NCBI GenBank assembly: GCA_050084985.1
Contig: JBITNC010000002.1
Span: 14,818,001 to 14,882,000 of the forward strand
Source of the DNA: Nageia nagi
Lineage: Eukaryota > Plantae > Pinophyta
Reading direction: 5' to 3'
Length of the DNA: 64,000 bases
In this document: positions 10,931-25,094 of the stretch, piece after piece
Numbering within the stretch: the stretch's first letter is position 1
Layout of the letters: every line of letters begins with the position of its first letter
Program-made: the position numbers and the translations under genes
Notes under the pieces: model-generated
Databases searched by the model: none
Told to the model about the DNA's origin: nothing
What the model saw: the letters and a program-made list of their open reading frames with translations, nothing else

Positions 10931-13900
10931 CAGATAATTAACTTACAATAAAATTAAAGTTCTCTTCTGTTTTTACAATCTTTTGTTTCAACTTTGCTTG
11001 TTCGAATTCACTGCATTTCTCGATTGATTTGGGAATGAATTTTTATGATGTTTGATATTCTTCCTTCCATTTATATAATAATTTTTGAAAAGATGTGTCT
11101 TTTAATATTTCAGTCGGCTATATAATTTTAATTTTAAAAAAATTATTTTCCTGCCAATTGTTTAACGGACGGACTCACATGCGACATTTTGCTCCCCCAC
11201 TCCACCCCCCATGCTGCAGCTGTAGAAATGCCTCTCGGTGTAATTATTGAATGGAAGAATTTGAATAAATTCTTTTGTTGTTTGTGATATTATCAAATGG
11301 GAGAATTCTAGTAGAAATGGATATCTCATCTCTTTAGTGATAATTGTTTAGAAATTTTTATATTTATAAATTTAATTATACTGTATTCATTTTTAGAAAG
11401 GTACATTATAAAATATAAATTTTTTATTTTAAACATGAACAAATAATATCATTAACAATTTAAGTGAAAATATAGATCAATTTTATGTAAGTTTTCTTCA
11501 TCGAATACAAAATAAGATCATCTTCTTCATTGTATTTCACATAAATTAATAAAATTTAGGATACTAAGTTTAATAACTTATCAATTAAATTGATAATATT
11601 ACAATTATTATTAACAACCAACTAATATCATGTTGGATAAATACAACTTTTATTAAACAAGAGCTATCACAACCACATTATAATCAACATACACCTTTAC
11701 AATACTCCTCCATGTCAATAAAACACCCCTACTTAACCTGATGTTAGTTGTCCAAATTGAGGGATCTATTTGGAATGTGTTGATTTCTATTAACTCCTAT
11801 AAGAGATAAGATATTAAAGGCAATACCTTCTTGAATCTATGGAATCCACTATATGATAGGGGACTTTATAGCATATCAATTTACCTTTGTATAGAACTCA
11901 ATGATGATAAACTACTTCATTATTTTCTCTAAGAATACACAAGAATGAGTAAATCTTATAATGACTTCACTAATGGATGATATTTTCATGTACCCTCTTC
12001 AATTTCCAATTTTTGTAAGGGTAGGGAAGATAATCCTACAACCATTGGATTAGAGGTCATGAACACCATTTCATTAAGATTCTAGCCTTTCCAATTTTTC
12101 TTCCTTCCTAAAGGATTATAAATATAGAAATAAAATAGTATAGTGCTAATTCATTGTGAAAATCAAAATTGATAATGAATAAAATTCAAAATATACAAAT
12201 ATATAATGTATGTATAGGTTTAAATATAGAGATGATGTGCATAAAATTGATAGCTTGGAGGTAATAATATAGGACATATAAAATGAAAGTGATTAAAGAG
12301 GTTTAGATGTTTATCCTAAATAATAGTAAGAGTCAAAGAAAATCTTGATGATGATCATATATCCTCTCTTTAATGAAATTAATTAATTACCAAAGGATAT
12401 AAATAAGCCATAAAATAATGATTTTGAAGCAGTAATACTAACTATGAAGTGTCATTCTCACTTTTATGTTTATAGGATTTTGAAGATATCTTTTTAAGGT
12501 GTTAGGGGTCTAAAAATGGTGTACGACTAAAATACTTATGTTTTAAGAGCAAGGTACAATAATATTTGCATTATAGGACTAGGGATGTAGAATATTTAGG
12601 TTTTGATCTTGGAGGGATTTTGAAGATGCCAAAGCCCTTTAGAGATATGTGAAGGGGGTTTTAGTATTTTTAGGCCTTCATATATGATATTTGCATCAAA
12701 AATCAAGGGAAAAAAAAAAAACTTATTGATTCATCATGCATAAGATGATAAGAAATATCTTATGATTATAATACCATAAAATATATAAGTATGCCTTCAA
12801 GAGTTGTATCTTATTCCTGAATTGGGGGAGGAAGGGTATTTATATGCTTTTTCATTCAAATTTGATATGATCTTGATATTACACTTTTCTTAAATAAATA
12901 TGCTACACTATTGAACATTGCATAAAAATGATCTAAGGATGCAGAGAATGATGATACTTTGATTTATCTTACCCTTATAATAATACTATAAAATAGATGT
13001 TAAATGTTAAATATGAAATAATTGAACATGCCAAGATGTGATTGGAGACCTATCCTTAGGTTGAGAAGGATATATGAAAGTTTGAATGAGCTAATTCTTT
13101 TATTAGTTAACTATTTTTCTTTTCATTTCTTATCATCATTTTAGTTGAAGCAAATAATTCAATGAAAAATGAATGAGCTTTGCAAAATAAAGTAAAATTT
13201 GGAAGAGTTTAATTACCTATAATATTATGGTAGATTTGAAAATCCTTTATATAAATTGATGATATGTAAAGTTCAGTAGCCTATGTTTATCTACTACTCA
13301 TCATATACAAATTATTCACATTTGTACTTCAAGTGCTTGCAAAATAAAAATTAAGAAATTACTCAATAATTCAAAGTTTCAAATTTAATGAGTTTAAGAG
13401 AGATAATCAATCACCAGAAATTGAGATTACCATATACCTTGGAGAAACTAAATATGGGCATAAAAACCCAACAAAAACTCTAATATATGATGAAGATGTG
13501 AATAAAAAAGCTTCCTCCAAAATGCTCTTTGTTATATTATTAATAGGAACAAACTTAAGGCCTCCAAACTCCAATGGTAGTATCTTCTTGATGCTCTCAA
13601 CACTCAAGTAACAAGCTCACAATCTCTCAACAAGAGTTCTCATGCCCAACTAAATCATAGAATTTTACAATTTTCTTATGCATACATTAGCATAACACTA
13701 ATCTTCAAGAGTATACAAATTTACCTATGCAATAATTTTTACAAGCTCGCATAAACTCTCAAATCTCTTTATCTGAATTCTATCTTCTTGGAATTACACT
13801 TCCTTTTTCATAAATACTTCTTCTTTTCTAATCTCTCTTAAATCTCCTTTTATAACTTCAAAGAGCATAAAATTACAATAAAAATAGTTACACCACATTA

Positions 13901-15605
13901 TCCTTGTGATCAAAATCACATTATTCCTCTCCATTTGAAATATTTTATCCCTCCAACAAATTAAATGATGAACAATACATTTATTTTTATGCTTCAAAAA
14001 CATAAAACTCACCTCAATGAAAAAAATACAAAACTTAAGACATAGTTACAAGCCAAAACACCACTAAATACCTCTAAACTACCAACAACGCCATCATTTG
14101 CATATATCCAATAAGATCGTGCCGAGTGACAAGGTAGTTGGGAGAGTTTGAAAAAGTCAAATGACTAATTAAATGAGCACGTCCTCAAGTTTGAAAATGT
14201 CGGCCATCCTCCAACGCAGTCAGTCAACAGCTCTTTCACGCGGTCAAAGACGCTACGTGGGCTCCACCTCCAAGACTCCAGGAGTCCAACACACGTGCTT
14301 CTTCATGCGCTCCGCGTCCCATCACCATGTGTGATGTGGCCCTCTCGGTCTTCAACATGCATCATGTGGGGAAGTGTTATCCCTTCTATGATGTGGTGCT
14401 TGCTTTATGCTGATGTGGCACTTCCAGTCAACATTATGGGTCCCAGTCCATTTGGGTGAATTTTTTTTTGGTTTTAAAATTTTGGAAGCAATAACAAACA
14501 ATGTAGGAAGACATTTTCTTCACCTTTCGAACAATTGAAATTGTGGAATGGAGAGTTAAAATCAAACTTTTGAAACATTTTGTTTTTAATAGACACCCTA
14601 CTTTTATTAGTAATAAATCATGCAATAGAGAAACTTGATAAATTCAATATTAATTATTAAAAACATGATAAAGGTAGTATGGTGTCATAAAAAATGGTAA
14701 CTTCATCATATGATAGTTATCAAAATGATAATTTATTATTGTATTTGATATTTATGTTTAATGATCTTTCAATTTGTGACATTTAAGACCTCAAATATGC
14801 CTCAAGATCAAAATGTAGGCATTTTAGAACTAGTTATCCCAAAAATGCCAATAACCTAATGATATGTTGAAATCCATAAAGTGATATTTCTCATTTGAGC
14901 AATATGATAAACTCAAAATTGTTATGATAAATTCATAATGATATTCTATAATTGATAATGAAGTGTTGATACTTCAAAGTAATATCAAAACATCAAAAAC
15001 TATTATTTCATGAAAATCATATATTTTTAAGCATTTTAACTAATTTGTAAAAAATAAATCTTGAAAAATATAGGTAATCCTATAACCCAGTTGTTTTAGA
15101 AAAGGTCCAAATATCATGAAAAATGATAAGGAGATGTAGAAAATAATCTTAAAAAAAAATCATATTAAAAATATGAAATACTTGAATTGTATTAGTTAGG
15201 TTATGAATAATACCTCTTGATATGTATGATAATCATTGGTTTGGGTAGCTCCTTACTGTTCATTGTTGCCAACTTGTATGCCCTAAACTTCATCTTCTTG
15301 GGATTATCACAAGGATGTTGTTGTTGGTATCTCTTGTAGAGATTAGCCTAAATGCAAGGTGTTGCCTTATTGTCTAGGGAAATGAGGATAACTCTTGCCT
15401 TCAAGCCCTTGTGCTCTTGGGTCTATTAAGAAAGATTCCATATGTTATCTTCTTTCTTTACAAGATACACATACTTATCTAGAAATTCTTCATTAACATA
15501 AGTAGTATAAAAAAAATTCATGTTTATCCCTTGAGGATTGTTACCCTGATTGTATAATAAAACTTAGTTTATACTAAAGTCATAAAAGAGAAAAAAAATC
15601 AATAC

Positions 15606-16113
15606 TGTTAAGAATGGGATGTGATTTCATGATATTGCATGATGCAATGGTGGTGCATTCTCCCTTGATCCTCCTCCATGCATGATCTGTGTAGCTAATT
15701 TGTTAGCATTGGTTGCAATAAAGGGGCAACAACACTCGTGCAAAATTTTGGGGTCTATTTTTGTACTATAACCACTATTTTTGTGTAGAACTAGATGTAT
15801 CTATAAGTAGCAAAATTCTTACTTGTAAAAGCACTCCAGTAAGGAGTAGGAAAGTTAGCGTGTACTGAATCTAAATGGATGCATAATTCATTATAGAATT
15901 CATAGGGAAGAAGAGTGAATTTTGACATGCTAATGTAAGAGAGGATTCTCAATAAAGGACTAAAATATTCTCTGTGGATGTAGCCTACACTAGGTGAACC
16001 ACGTTACATACTATGTTCTCTATTTTGTGAGAGTGCTTTATTGTTTTTATTATAGTTTTTTTAAGTAAGAACATAATTGCTTGAATTTTATAGAAAAATA
16101 ATAGATCCTAACA
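15606..16113 (+). mobile_element. Solo LTR (copia-like)
   Basis: TGTTAAGA...TCCTAACA termini, 5-bp TSD AATAC (15601-15605 and 16114-16118), and an internal GTGGATGTAGCC...GTGAACCACGTTA motif common in plant LTR U5 regions. Confidence 0.75.
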
Positions 16114-18079
16114 AATACAAATCCTAAAGATAAAATAAATGTTAGTTGGCCAAAAATAAGAGTAAACACTTGATTAAATAATGAAAATTAAGAACGGAGT
16201 CAAAATTCAAAAAGATTTTGGGTTGGAAAAGTATGAATATTGATAAATTCAAGCTATATGAATCGTACAATAGAGGAGAAATATATCATGATCATAATTC
16301 AAAACAAGGTATTTAACATGGCTTAATTGTTGTAGTCCTCTTATATATCATACCAATCCTTTGATATGTTTGAAGTATACCTCAAACATGATATCTTAAA
16401 TGGACTTAGTTGTTATTTCAAAACTCTATTATGCCTTATTTATACTTTCATGATCCTATTCCTTTATGATTACAAAACCTATTTAAATAGTATCTCACAA
16501 TCTCTTAATTTTCTACCATTAACATCATGAAACTATTGTCTTCTTTTGACTTTTTTTTTCTAAGAATACATATAGTTTTCCTTATCTAGATATACTTCAT
16601 TTCTAAATCTAAACTTTCGAGATAAGTTGGAAGCTTCTTATTATTATTTTTAATTCAATATTCTATGTCCTAATATGATACCCCTATTATTTTCTTATCC
16701 TCATTATCAAAGTATTGTATCTTCGTATTTAAGGGTTCAATTGGAGTAAGCTATAGGAAAGGTTATGCAACAAATATTAAGATATGATATTAAATCAACT
16801 AATAACCTTTCAATTCTTTACCTAAGATATTTACCATGATAAATAGAGGAAAACATTGATCTATAATATCCTTGAAAGGTAATTTAGAGTGATCAAACCT
16901 AATATTATTATATTGGGGACATTTCCAAGTAACTACATTTATTACAAAGGTGTTTGCATTTAAGTTCATAGCTATTTATTATTTCTTGAATCCTTCAGGT
17001 AAGATATTCTTAAGTCTATAAGAGATCTTCAACAAATTATACAAAGAGATATTACCTTAGGTATTCTTTATTTTATCAATAATATTATATTATTTTGGTT
17101 TAACTGGTAGTTGTACCCTCATTTGTAATAGGTTTCATGACTATTTTTTACTTTCCTCTTTTTTTTTTGGGCTTAAACATCTTGATTAAAAATTCTTACC
17201 TCATACAAATTATATAAATCATCTTTCATGAAATCCCCTATAATATTGATATTCTTATCTTGATTTGAAATGGTTGTTGGACTAACATAATTTCCATTAT
17301 TTATTTACTATTGGATCTTATTCCTTAACTTGCTACACTAATATGTTATGTAATGTTTTAAGTTTGGAATCTTATCAATATAGGTTAACTATTTTCTTCA
17401 ACTACATTTATTACCTTTATCTTTATTTTTTATTGGATAGTGATTTTTCTATTTCCTCTAATATGATTTCCATATTTGATGATTTCAACTTGAAGCAACA
17501 ATTTCTCTCTTATATGCATCATTTATATTAGAGTTTCAAAATATGAATGAATTGTATCATACAAATATGGGTTTATGATTTTGATCAAGGAGATCCATAA
17601 CATATCATTTACATTTTTTCCTCTATTTATGTTGGAATAAAGTTTGATATCTTCTTGAACCTTGGGATATACTTTTGAAGTTTTCATTAATACTATTATG
17701 GATTGAATATAAATCAATTAGGGTTGAAAATTATCATCTAAACTTTGGGTTATTGCACTTAATGGAAATAAATGAATGCAATTATATTTTGGCCACATAA
17801 GGTTGCATGGAGCTAAATGTATGTTATCCATGAATTTTATGAACAAATAGATTAACATGAAATTTGTATACAAATTAAAGAGGCTATTATAAAAAAGGCA
17901 TAGGTGATTGTTATATATATTTATAAATACATAAAGAATGTAACATTTCTCATTTAGATATTAATAAAATGAATATTTCATGGTAGAACTAGCTACTTGT
18001 GGGTTTCTCCTTAAGGTTTTACCCATGTAAATTCAAATTCTATATTACTTAGTTTGAATGGCATATTTATTTCATTGTA

Positions 18080-18960
18080 TGTTATTTGTGAATGCTATGA
18101 TAAACATGTATGCAAAATATGGAATAATACAGAAGGTTTGTGAATTGTTTGGCAAGATATATATTACATATATAGTTGCATATACTAAAATGATAGACAT
18201 GTATGCAAAATATTGCATGAAGTACTATTGCAAGTTATCTAGAGCTCTGTTAGTACTAGGGTTTTAAGGTTGATTGAGTGAAATGAGAGAATGAGCTAGG
18301 ATTTTTTATTTTTATGTGGTTTTAAATGAGCCCACTAGCTTAGATTAATGGCTTATCCTTGATTTCACACCAAAAATAATGCAACAAGAGTCAGTCATGC
18401 TATTAAAGTATTTACAACCCACATCCATTAAACTTGCATGGTTCCATATGTAAGTAGAACACATACAAAGGTTATATTGTAGATGTTATTTCTATGCTTG
18501 ATAATTACATCTGCTTAATACTCTATAGGGACAACATTATCTATTTGTACAAGTATTTATTAACAACATTCCCTTTTTAATAGTGTTATAATGAAATTTG
18601 AAAGCATGCACAATGTCTTTGTGCAAGACTATTTAGATATTGTATTACTTTGCATCATCAATAATCTTTGGAACAATAATGTACAACACAACCTTTGTAT
18701 ATTTTAAATAATGAAGCACTTGGGACCCAACTGTAACATCATAACCTTTGTATGTGTTCTTGCATACAAATTACATGTGTGCAAAATTTGGAAGAAGATA
18801 TGATGCCTTAGAATTGTTTGACAAGATGCCCATAAAAATTGATAAACATGTATGCAAAATATGAAAAACAAGATGCAAATATTATTTCATGGAGTGCAAT
18901 GATTGGAGGATATATAATTCATCGTCCAAGAATTGTTTAATAAGATGCATGATGCAACAT
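18080..18960 (+). pseudogene. PLS-class PPR gene fragments (decayed)
   Basis: Translations NAMINMYAKYGIIQKVCELFGKI, ALELFDKMP and DANIISWSAMIGGY match PPR motif consensus; the fragments are interrupted and frameshifted. Confidence 0.7.
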
Positions 18961-20779
18961 GGATACATTTTATAGTATCAAATATTGAAAGTAATTTTGA
19001 TTTTGAAATAACTAAGAAAATGAATCTTATGGAATGTGCACGATGTCAAATTTTTACCATAAATGAATTATACATAAATAAGTGTCATTTTGCACTTGTA
19101 AAGAATGAGTCCTCTCAAATAATTCAACAATCTTAATTCACTCTATATATTATTCAAGAATTAATAAATCAACGAATTAATATATAAATGAATTATACTT
19201 AAAATCTTTGATCTAATGAATCACTTAAGACCCAACTATAACAACATAATTTAAAGGAATAAGATGAATCCAGATAGCTTCAATTCTTACAAAGATGGTT
19301 CTTAAGTCTGGTATAATCTCTGGAATAGATAATCAAATTGATCGATTGTAACATAGATAAGGATATGTTATTATTGAGTATGAAATCATCCATGTCGTTG
19401 TGAAAGTTGTATGGATTCCTGTTAAAGATGAAGCCTAGATAATTTAAGATAAATTTATGAGATCAAAACTCTTAATAAGAAGGGAATCAAGAAGGCATGT
19501 TTTAAATCACATGAGAGGGTTTCTGTCATGTGAAGTAGGAAGGTTTTCATGAGGGGGTTTTAATTCTGTGAGGAAGTTAAGAATTAATAGGTATCTAGAT
19601 TTGATCCACGATGTAACAAATATTTGTGGGCGATCCATGCAAGGCTATTTTAGGCTCTCGTTTTAGTGTATAAGGGTTTATTTCAGGGCACACAAGCTAG
19701 GGAACTATATGATTCCATCTTTAAGTTAGGGAATGATGGATTCTGATATGTCTTTAAAGCTGGGCATGACATAGATTCATATCTTATGCTAGGTCACAAA
19801 TTATTCAAGCATAGATCAAGGGTACATCTTTCTTTTGTTCTTGAATGAACTCAAAAAAGAAGAAAACACAGGCATTCAAATATTTTTATGCAAGATACAA
19901 AAGTTTAGATATGCAAGAAAAAATGGATTTATTTAAGAAAAACTTGATCTATTCAAGAATTAATTCTTGGATATTTCTCTTCTATTCTTAGAGAAAAAGA
20001 ACACCATCACTACATACGATAAATGGGTCTTTCAATTGGAAGAGTAGGTAACCAAGCTTCAATCAAATATCTCTCCTAGGATCCAAATCATGGAAGAAGT
20101 TACTAGCATATATGTTAAAGTCATTACAAGCTAGGTGGATTAGGAGGATCTTACCTCCAAACTCCAAGATCATTGAGTAGAATAAGTTTCTCTCTCAGCT
20201 GAACAAGAACACTTGTGATAAGTATTCATTGAACAAAGCCAAAAATTAATTGTTCAATAATATTGGGTATAGGTAGTAGCTAGAAATAAGAGTCCTCCTC
20301 CATTTGTAGAGATTACAATAAAAATCACATTTGCAAAAGAGAAAATATGCAATACCAAATCCCTTAACCTTAGGGTTCATGTAGTTCCCAATTTGGCCTA
20401 TGCGCTTCAAAATGGAAACATATTCATCCATGATACTCTTACAATAACAAACATTAAGCTATAAAAATCTTACATTTCTCTTGATTTCATGTTGATCATA
20501 TGTTTTACAAATGTTGAAGAATGTATGATTATTTTATGGACCAAACAAAAATCATTCAATCTTCTTAATAAGATCTATCTAGATGAGGATCTCACAAGAC
20601 TACAACTTGATGATTTGAAAAAATTCATAAAACATGTAGCTGGAGCTTGAAAATCCAATAAATGGGTAGTAATTTATGATCTATAAGATGCCATTAGAGA
20701 CTTCTCTCCACTAGGATGATCCAAGCCTTTACCTATCAAATGAATCTTTGGGTACCATAATGGGGTTAAAAAGGAGATA

Positions 20780-23700
20780 AAGATAGGTTGTTGGAATTGT
20801 AATGGTATGACATGGTCTACCCCTGGCTCACTTACAAAATTAGTGAATGGACATGATATTATCCTCATTTTTGAGACTCATGAGAATCCAGAATGAGCCC
20901 TTCCATCCATTAGTGGGTGCTTTTGGTGGTCCAACTATCATCAAACTACTCATCGCTCAAGTGGAGTTAGAGGTTTGAGAGGAGTAGGTGCTCTTATTCG
21001 AGATGCACTCTAGAGTGTTGTTACATATGTATATTTTGATCCACACTCTATATTTATTTTATTTAAGCTTCATTTTCATCATCCCCTCATAAATATTTTT
21101 ATTATTATTTGTTACTTTCCCCCAATCACATCAATGGAGACCCTTACCATGACCTTTATGAGGATATTACTAAGCACTTAGCTACAAGTGAAATATTATT
21201 ATTGGGATACTTTAATGCTTAGACTAACACTCTATAGGTTCCTCTCCATGACATCACAAAGTATGATATGTAGATTCATGAATTAGACCCCAAGGAACTT
21301 GGCTTTGTTAGGTCCTCCACTTATACACAAACTACTACTTACAAGAAGTATCTTTTAAAATTGGTAGAATCCAATAGATTCATTATCCTCAATGAATATA
21401 TTACTTTCTTGATTCTATAGGGTTTACTTATTTACCACATAGTGATTAAATTAGTACCATGGACTATATTCTTTCTTCCATTGATCTCATTTCTTCCATT
21501 TCTAATTACAAGATCTCTAATCATCGTCCCCCCTTACTGATCATTTTGTACTCTTACTTATTTTTTCTTCTATCACACCTCATATTTCACCTCCTTATCC
21601 CTCCACTCTCTCCCCTTGGGCTATTATAAATGTTGATTACCATTACTCCATTGCTTATACAGGTCATTATCATTAGATTCTATTTAACCCCCTTTCTTTT
21701 CCCAATGTTACTTATCACTCCACTTTTATAGTCCAAGCACTCTAAACATATAATTTGGACTCTTATCCTCATTCAATTCAACCCCCTTGTCATCCTCACC
21801 CCCTAGATTATTTCCCTATATATATTTAGTATGATGAGAAATGAAAATTTTTTCATTGAATACTTAAATATGCCATTCAATTCTCTTTTCATCTTGGTAC
21901 AACTTCTCTTACATACTACAAGATGCTTGTTCAAAAGAAAAAGCATCTATATCTCTCTCAAGGTATACTTGATCTTATACAGTCCCTCGAGTATTATTCT
22001 AATTCTTTTTGATACCCTATCCTCCCCAAATAACATGTCAACAATGAGATTAGTGTTTATAATTGGACCTCCTATGCTTCATCACTCTATACCATCTCTC
22101 ATCAACCTCTTATCAGAGTTCCTCCCCCCTAACTCTTGTCATATTTTCATCACTAAACTTATCAAGCAGGCTATTAGAAAACTTTATATGATGAAATAAG
22201 TATATCTAGATGGGTTACAAACAAAATTCTTAAAGCATGGCATTGAATCACTTATTAGGCCTCTTGCTGATCTCCTCAATCAAACCATTTTCTCAAGTTT
22301 TCCTAATTCATGGATTCAACATATCATTGATTCCATTCACAAAGCAAGGGATCCACATGAACCCAATAACTATAGAACCATTATGATAAAATATATCTTT
22401 ACCAAGCTTTATGCCCCAACATTAGATATGCTTCTATCTCACAAATTGGAGGAGGATGGACATAGGTCTATGGGCTAATATGGTTTTCACCAATACTACA
22501 AGATGTTTATATATTTCATAAAAGCTTTTGATATTATGCCTCGATATTTGGAATTCGAGAGACTTTAGTTGGTTAGCATATCTAGAGAAATTTTTAAAAC
22601 AATTTCTAGATTGTATGAGATAATGATGGGATATTTTCCTTTCTCTTAAGGACCCTTCAACAATATTCTTAGTACCATAGGAATGAAACAAGGTTGCCCC
22701 CTTTCCTCTATACTTTTTGGGATCCTCATAGATGAGCTTGGGTCTTTTCTCTATGTACATATACATGTATATGATGGATGCTTACTTCATAAAGTATTGA
22801 TCTTTATCCTTATTTTTGATGATGATGTTATCATTTTAGCCTCAATTGTTAAAGGACTCCAACATCAATTGGATGCACTAGTTGAGATTTTTACTTTGAG
22901 ATAATTATATATTAACCTTACAAAGACCAAGGTTATGGTGTTTAATACTACCAAGGAGGTTGTATCCCATCTCCAATTCCATCTTCAAGGATGTGTAATA
23001 AATATCACCAACTCCTATGTATACCTTGGAATTTTTTTCACTAGGCCCATATTTCAAATGAAGCCTACCACCTAAGCTCATATTTGTAAGGGACATGCAT
23101 CCATTTCTTACTCAAATGGAGTTTCTTCACAAGTCATTTTCAGGATATCCCAATCCAAATGAATATCTTTGTTACCTTGGTGAAACCAACTATAACCTAC
23201 GGATCAGAGATATAGGTTTCTAGTATTGGTCTGACTGAATGGTCTCATGTTGAATGAGTATAAACTATTTTATTTGGAAATTTATACAGTACAAGCACAT
23301 AATTTCTCACTTTATTATCCTTGTAGAGTTTGGAGCTTCACCTACTTGAATGGATATTATGTCAAGGATCATTACCTATTTGTGTAGGCTTCATATTATG
23401 GAAAATACCCCTTCTAGGTGTATAAGGCACTTGTACCTTGCTTTATGCTATTTGATGACCTTTTCTTTGAATCTCAGGAGGATATAGAGGGGCTAGTATT
23501 TTGGAATATCTATATTTTTAGAAAGTATTCATATCCATATTGATAAAATTCCTCCTTACTCCATTGGATTCCATCAACCATCATCATATAATAAGAAGAC
23601 AAAGATACTTCAAGAGATTTGAAAATACATCACTCTCAATTATACTCATTGCAATTGGATCTCTCTCATTACCCCTCTCCCCAAAAGACATATTTTTATC

Positions 23701-25079
23701 ATGAACATTTTCTTCATATTCAAGATGGTTAGATAGTGCCTCCTCAGTACCTTTAATAGTTTATGACACATGGCTTACAGGTCTCCATTGGGAAGCTCTT
23801 TGTATGTTTCCATTAGCTTTAGGTTGAAATATATCACCATATTTTGAGAGAGGAATGCATATGTATATTTTATTCCTTGGGAGAAGTAGACTTTGCATCA
23901 TTTTATTTTTCATTGTTTGATCTACTATGAGATTCATGGTAGATTGTACTACATATTATATCTATATTTTTTAGTTAAATGAGGACCAACATTGCCTCAG
24001 ACTATATTCTAGAGAAGTAATTCATTTTCATCAACAAAAGAGCTCTCATCAAGGTGCCTCCCACCCACCATAATCTTGACTTATCACAAACTACTTTACC
24101 AACTCTAATGGGTCAATGCAAGAAGTTGGGTCCACTTTATGGCCAAAAAGTGGAAGTATTTCCCTAATTTTTAGGTTTGATCACATTCATGTCAAAATTT
24201 AAAGCACTTATACATGGAATCTTGATGTAGATCATTAGGGTAAAAATGTAGTTCTTTGAGTCTAGTTTTCAAATATATAATTTATTCCAATACGCAGATG
24301 ATAAAAATTGATTTTTGATGGCCATGAATAACAATCAATATTTAAAAAATACTATTACAAGACCATACCATGCACATTTCTGGTATACATAATTTGATCT
24401 AAACTAAAGTTTTTTTTAAATCCTTTTGAGCAAAGATACCTAATACACTAAAGCTTATCTTGGATATTTTTTCATAATTATTTCATGAATATTATTTTTT
24501 ATGGGTCCTAATTGTGATTTTGAAAAATGCTCATGTTTTTCATGCCTAATTTGACTAAATTTATCATTTTTTAAATTATTTTTTTAATTTTATAGAGTAT
24601 TGTCTAAAGACTATCCCATATTTTCTTTTCTTAAAATTCATAAAAAATAAAAATTTATTTTCAAAATTTCCTATGTCATAAAACTTCCTCTTTATGTGGA
24701 CTCATCTTCTTGCACCCACCCTAATAGACCAAGGGAGGATATAGATGTTGGTAAAAAATGACAAGCACTAGATCATCTACACATCAATAAGGTAACTAGA
24801 TCATGTACTAGATGATCTTTGGGACTCTAGATTAGTGACAAGAAGAGAGATCAATAATTTTTTGAATAGTTACTCATAAAAATCCAATATTAGGAGAGAT
24901 TAATATTGAATTATTCCTTATATTTACACTACATGTTTTATACTCTTTATATTTTTTTTGTTTTCTCTTTGGTTGGGTACTTTGGGCCCTTCTACTTGTA
25001 GTGTTCATTATTCTATTTTCTCAATCCTTTGGGTCACTTTTGGCCTACTATGGATATTTATAATATTTCATTTCATTTC
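20780..25079 (+). mobile_element. Decayed LINE (APE + RT + C-terminal zinc-knuckle remnant), RTEX-like
   Basis: Endonuclease start (GCWNCNG...DIILIFETHE), PNNYRTIMI, KAFDIMP, MKQGCPLSSILFGILIDEL, FDDDVII, INLTKTKVMVFN and a REECIC remnant near 23850. A 3' (ATTTC)n-like tail lies at ~25064-25079. Many stops and frameshifts; the 5' limit is uncertain. Confidence 0.75.
24110..24721. mobile_element. Non-autonomous TIR element (MITE) inserted in the LINE 3' region
   Basis: ~26-bp imperfect TIRs: gggtcaatgcaagaagttgggtccac on the left and gtggactcatcttcttgcacccaccc (reverse complement of the left arm) on the right. Flanked on both sides by TAAT. Confidence 0.7.
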
Positions 25080-25094
25080 TAATTGCATGTAGAA

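Larger units (their letters stand above)
3381..11287 (-). mobile_element. Autonomous-type Helitron-like rolling-circle transposon (~7.9 kb) with cullin-fragment cargo
   Basis: Minus strand reads A|TCACAAACAAC...AAAGCTAG|T, i.e. TC...CTAG ends in an AT target with no TSD. It has a terminal foldback and an internal Rep-helicase gene. Confidence 0.85.

Noticed and set aside
3352-11281. 21-bp direct repeat (ttgaataaattcttttgttgt) as a target-site duplication or Replitron-type terminal repeat
   Set aside because: It is explained as the shared 5' end of two tandem family members. The element also encodes a helicase, which Replitrons lack.
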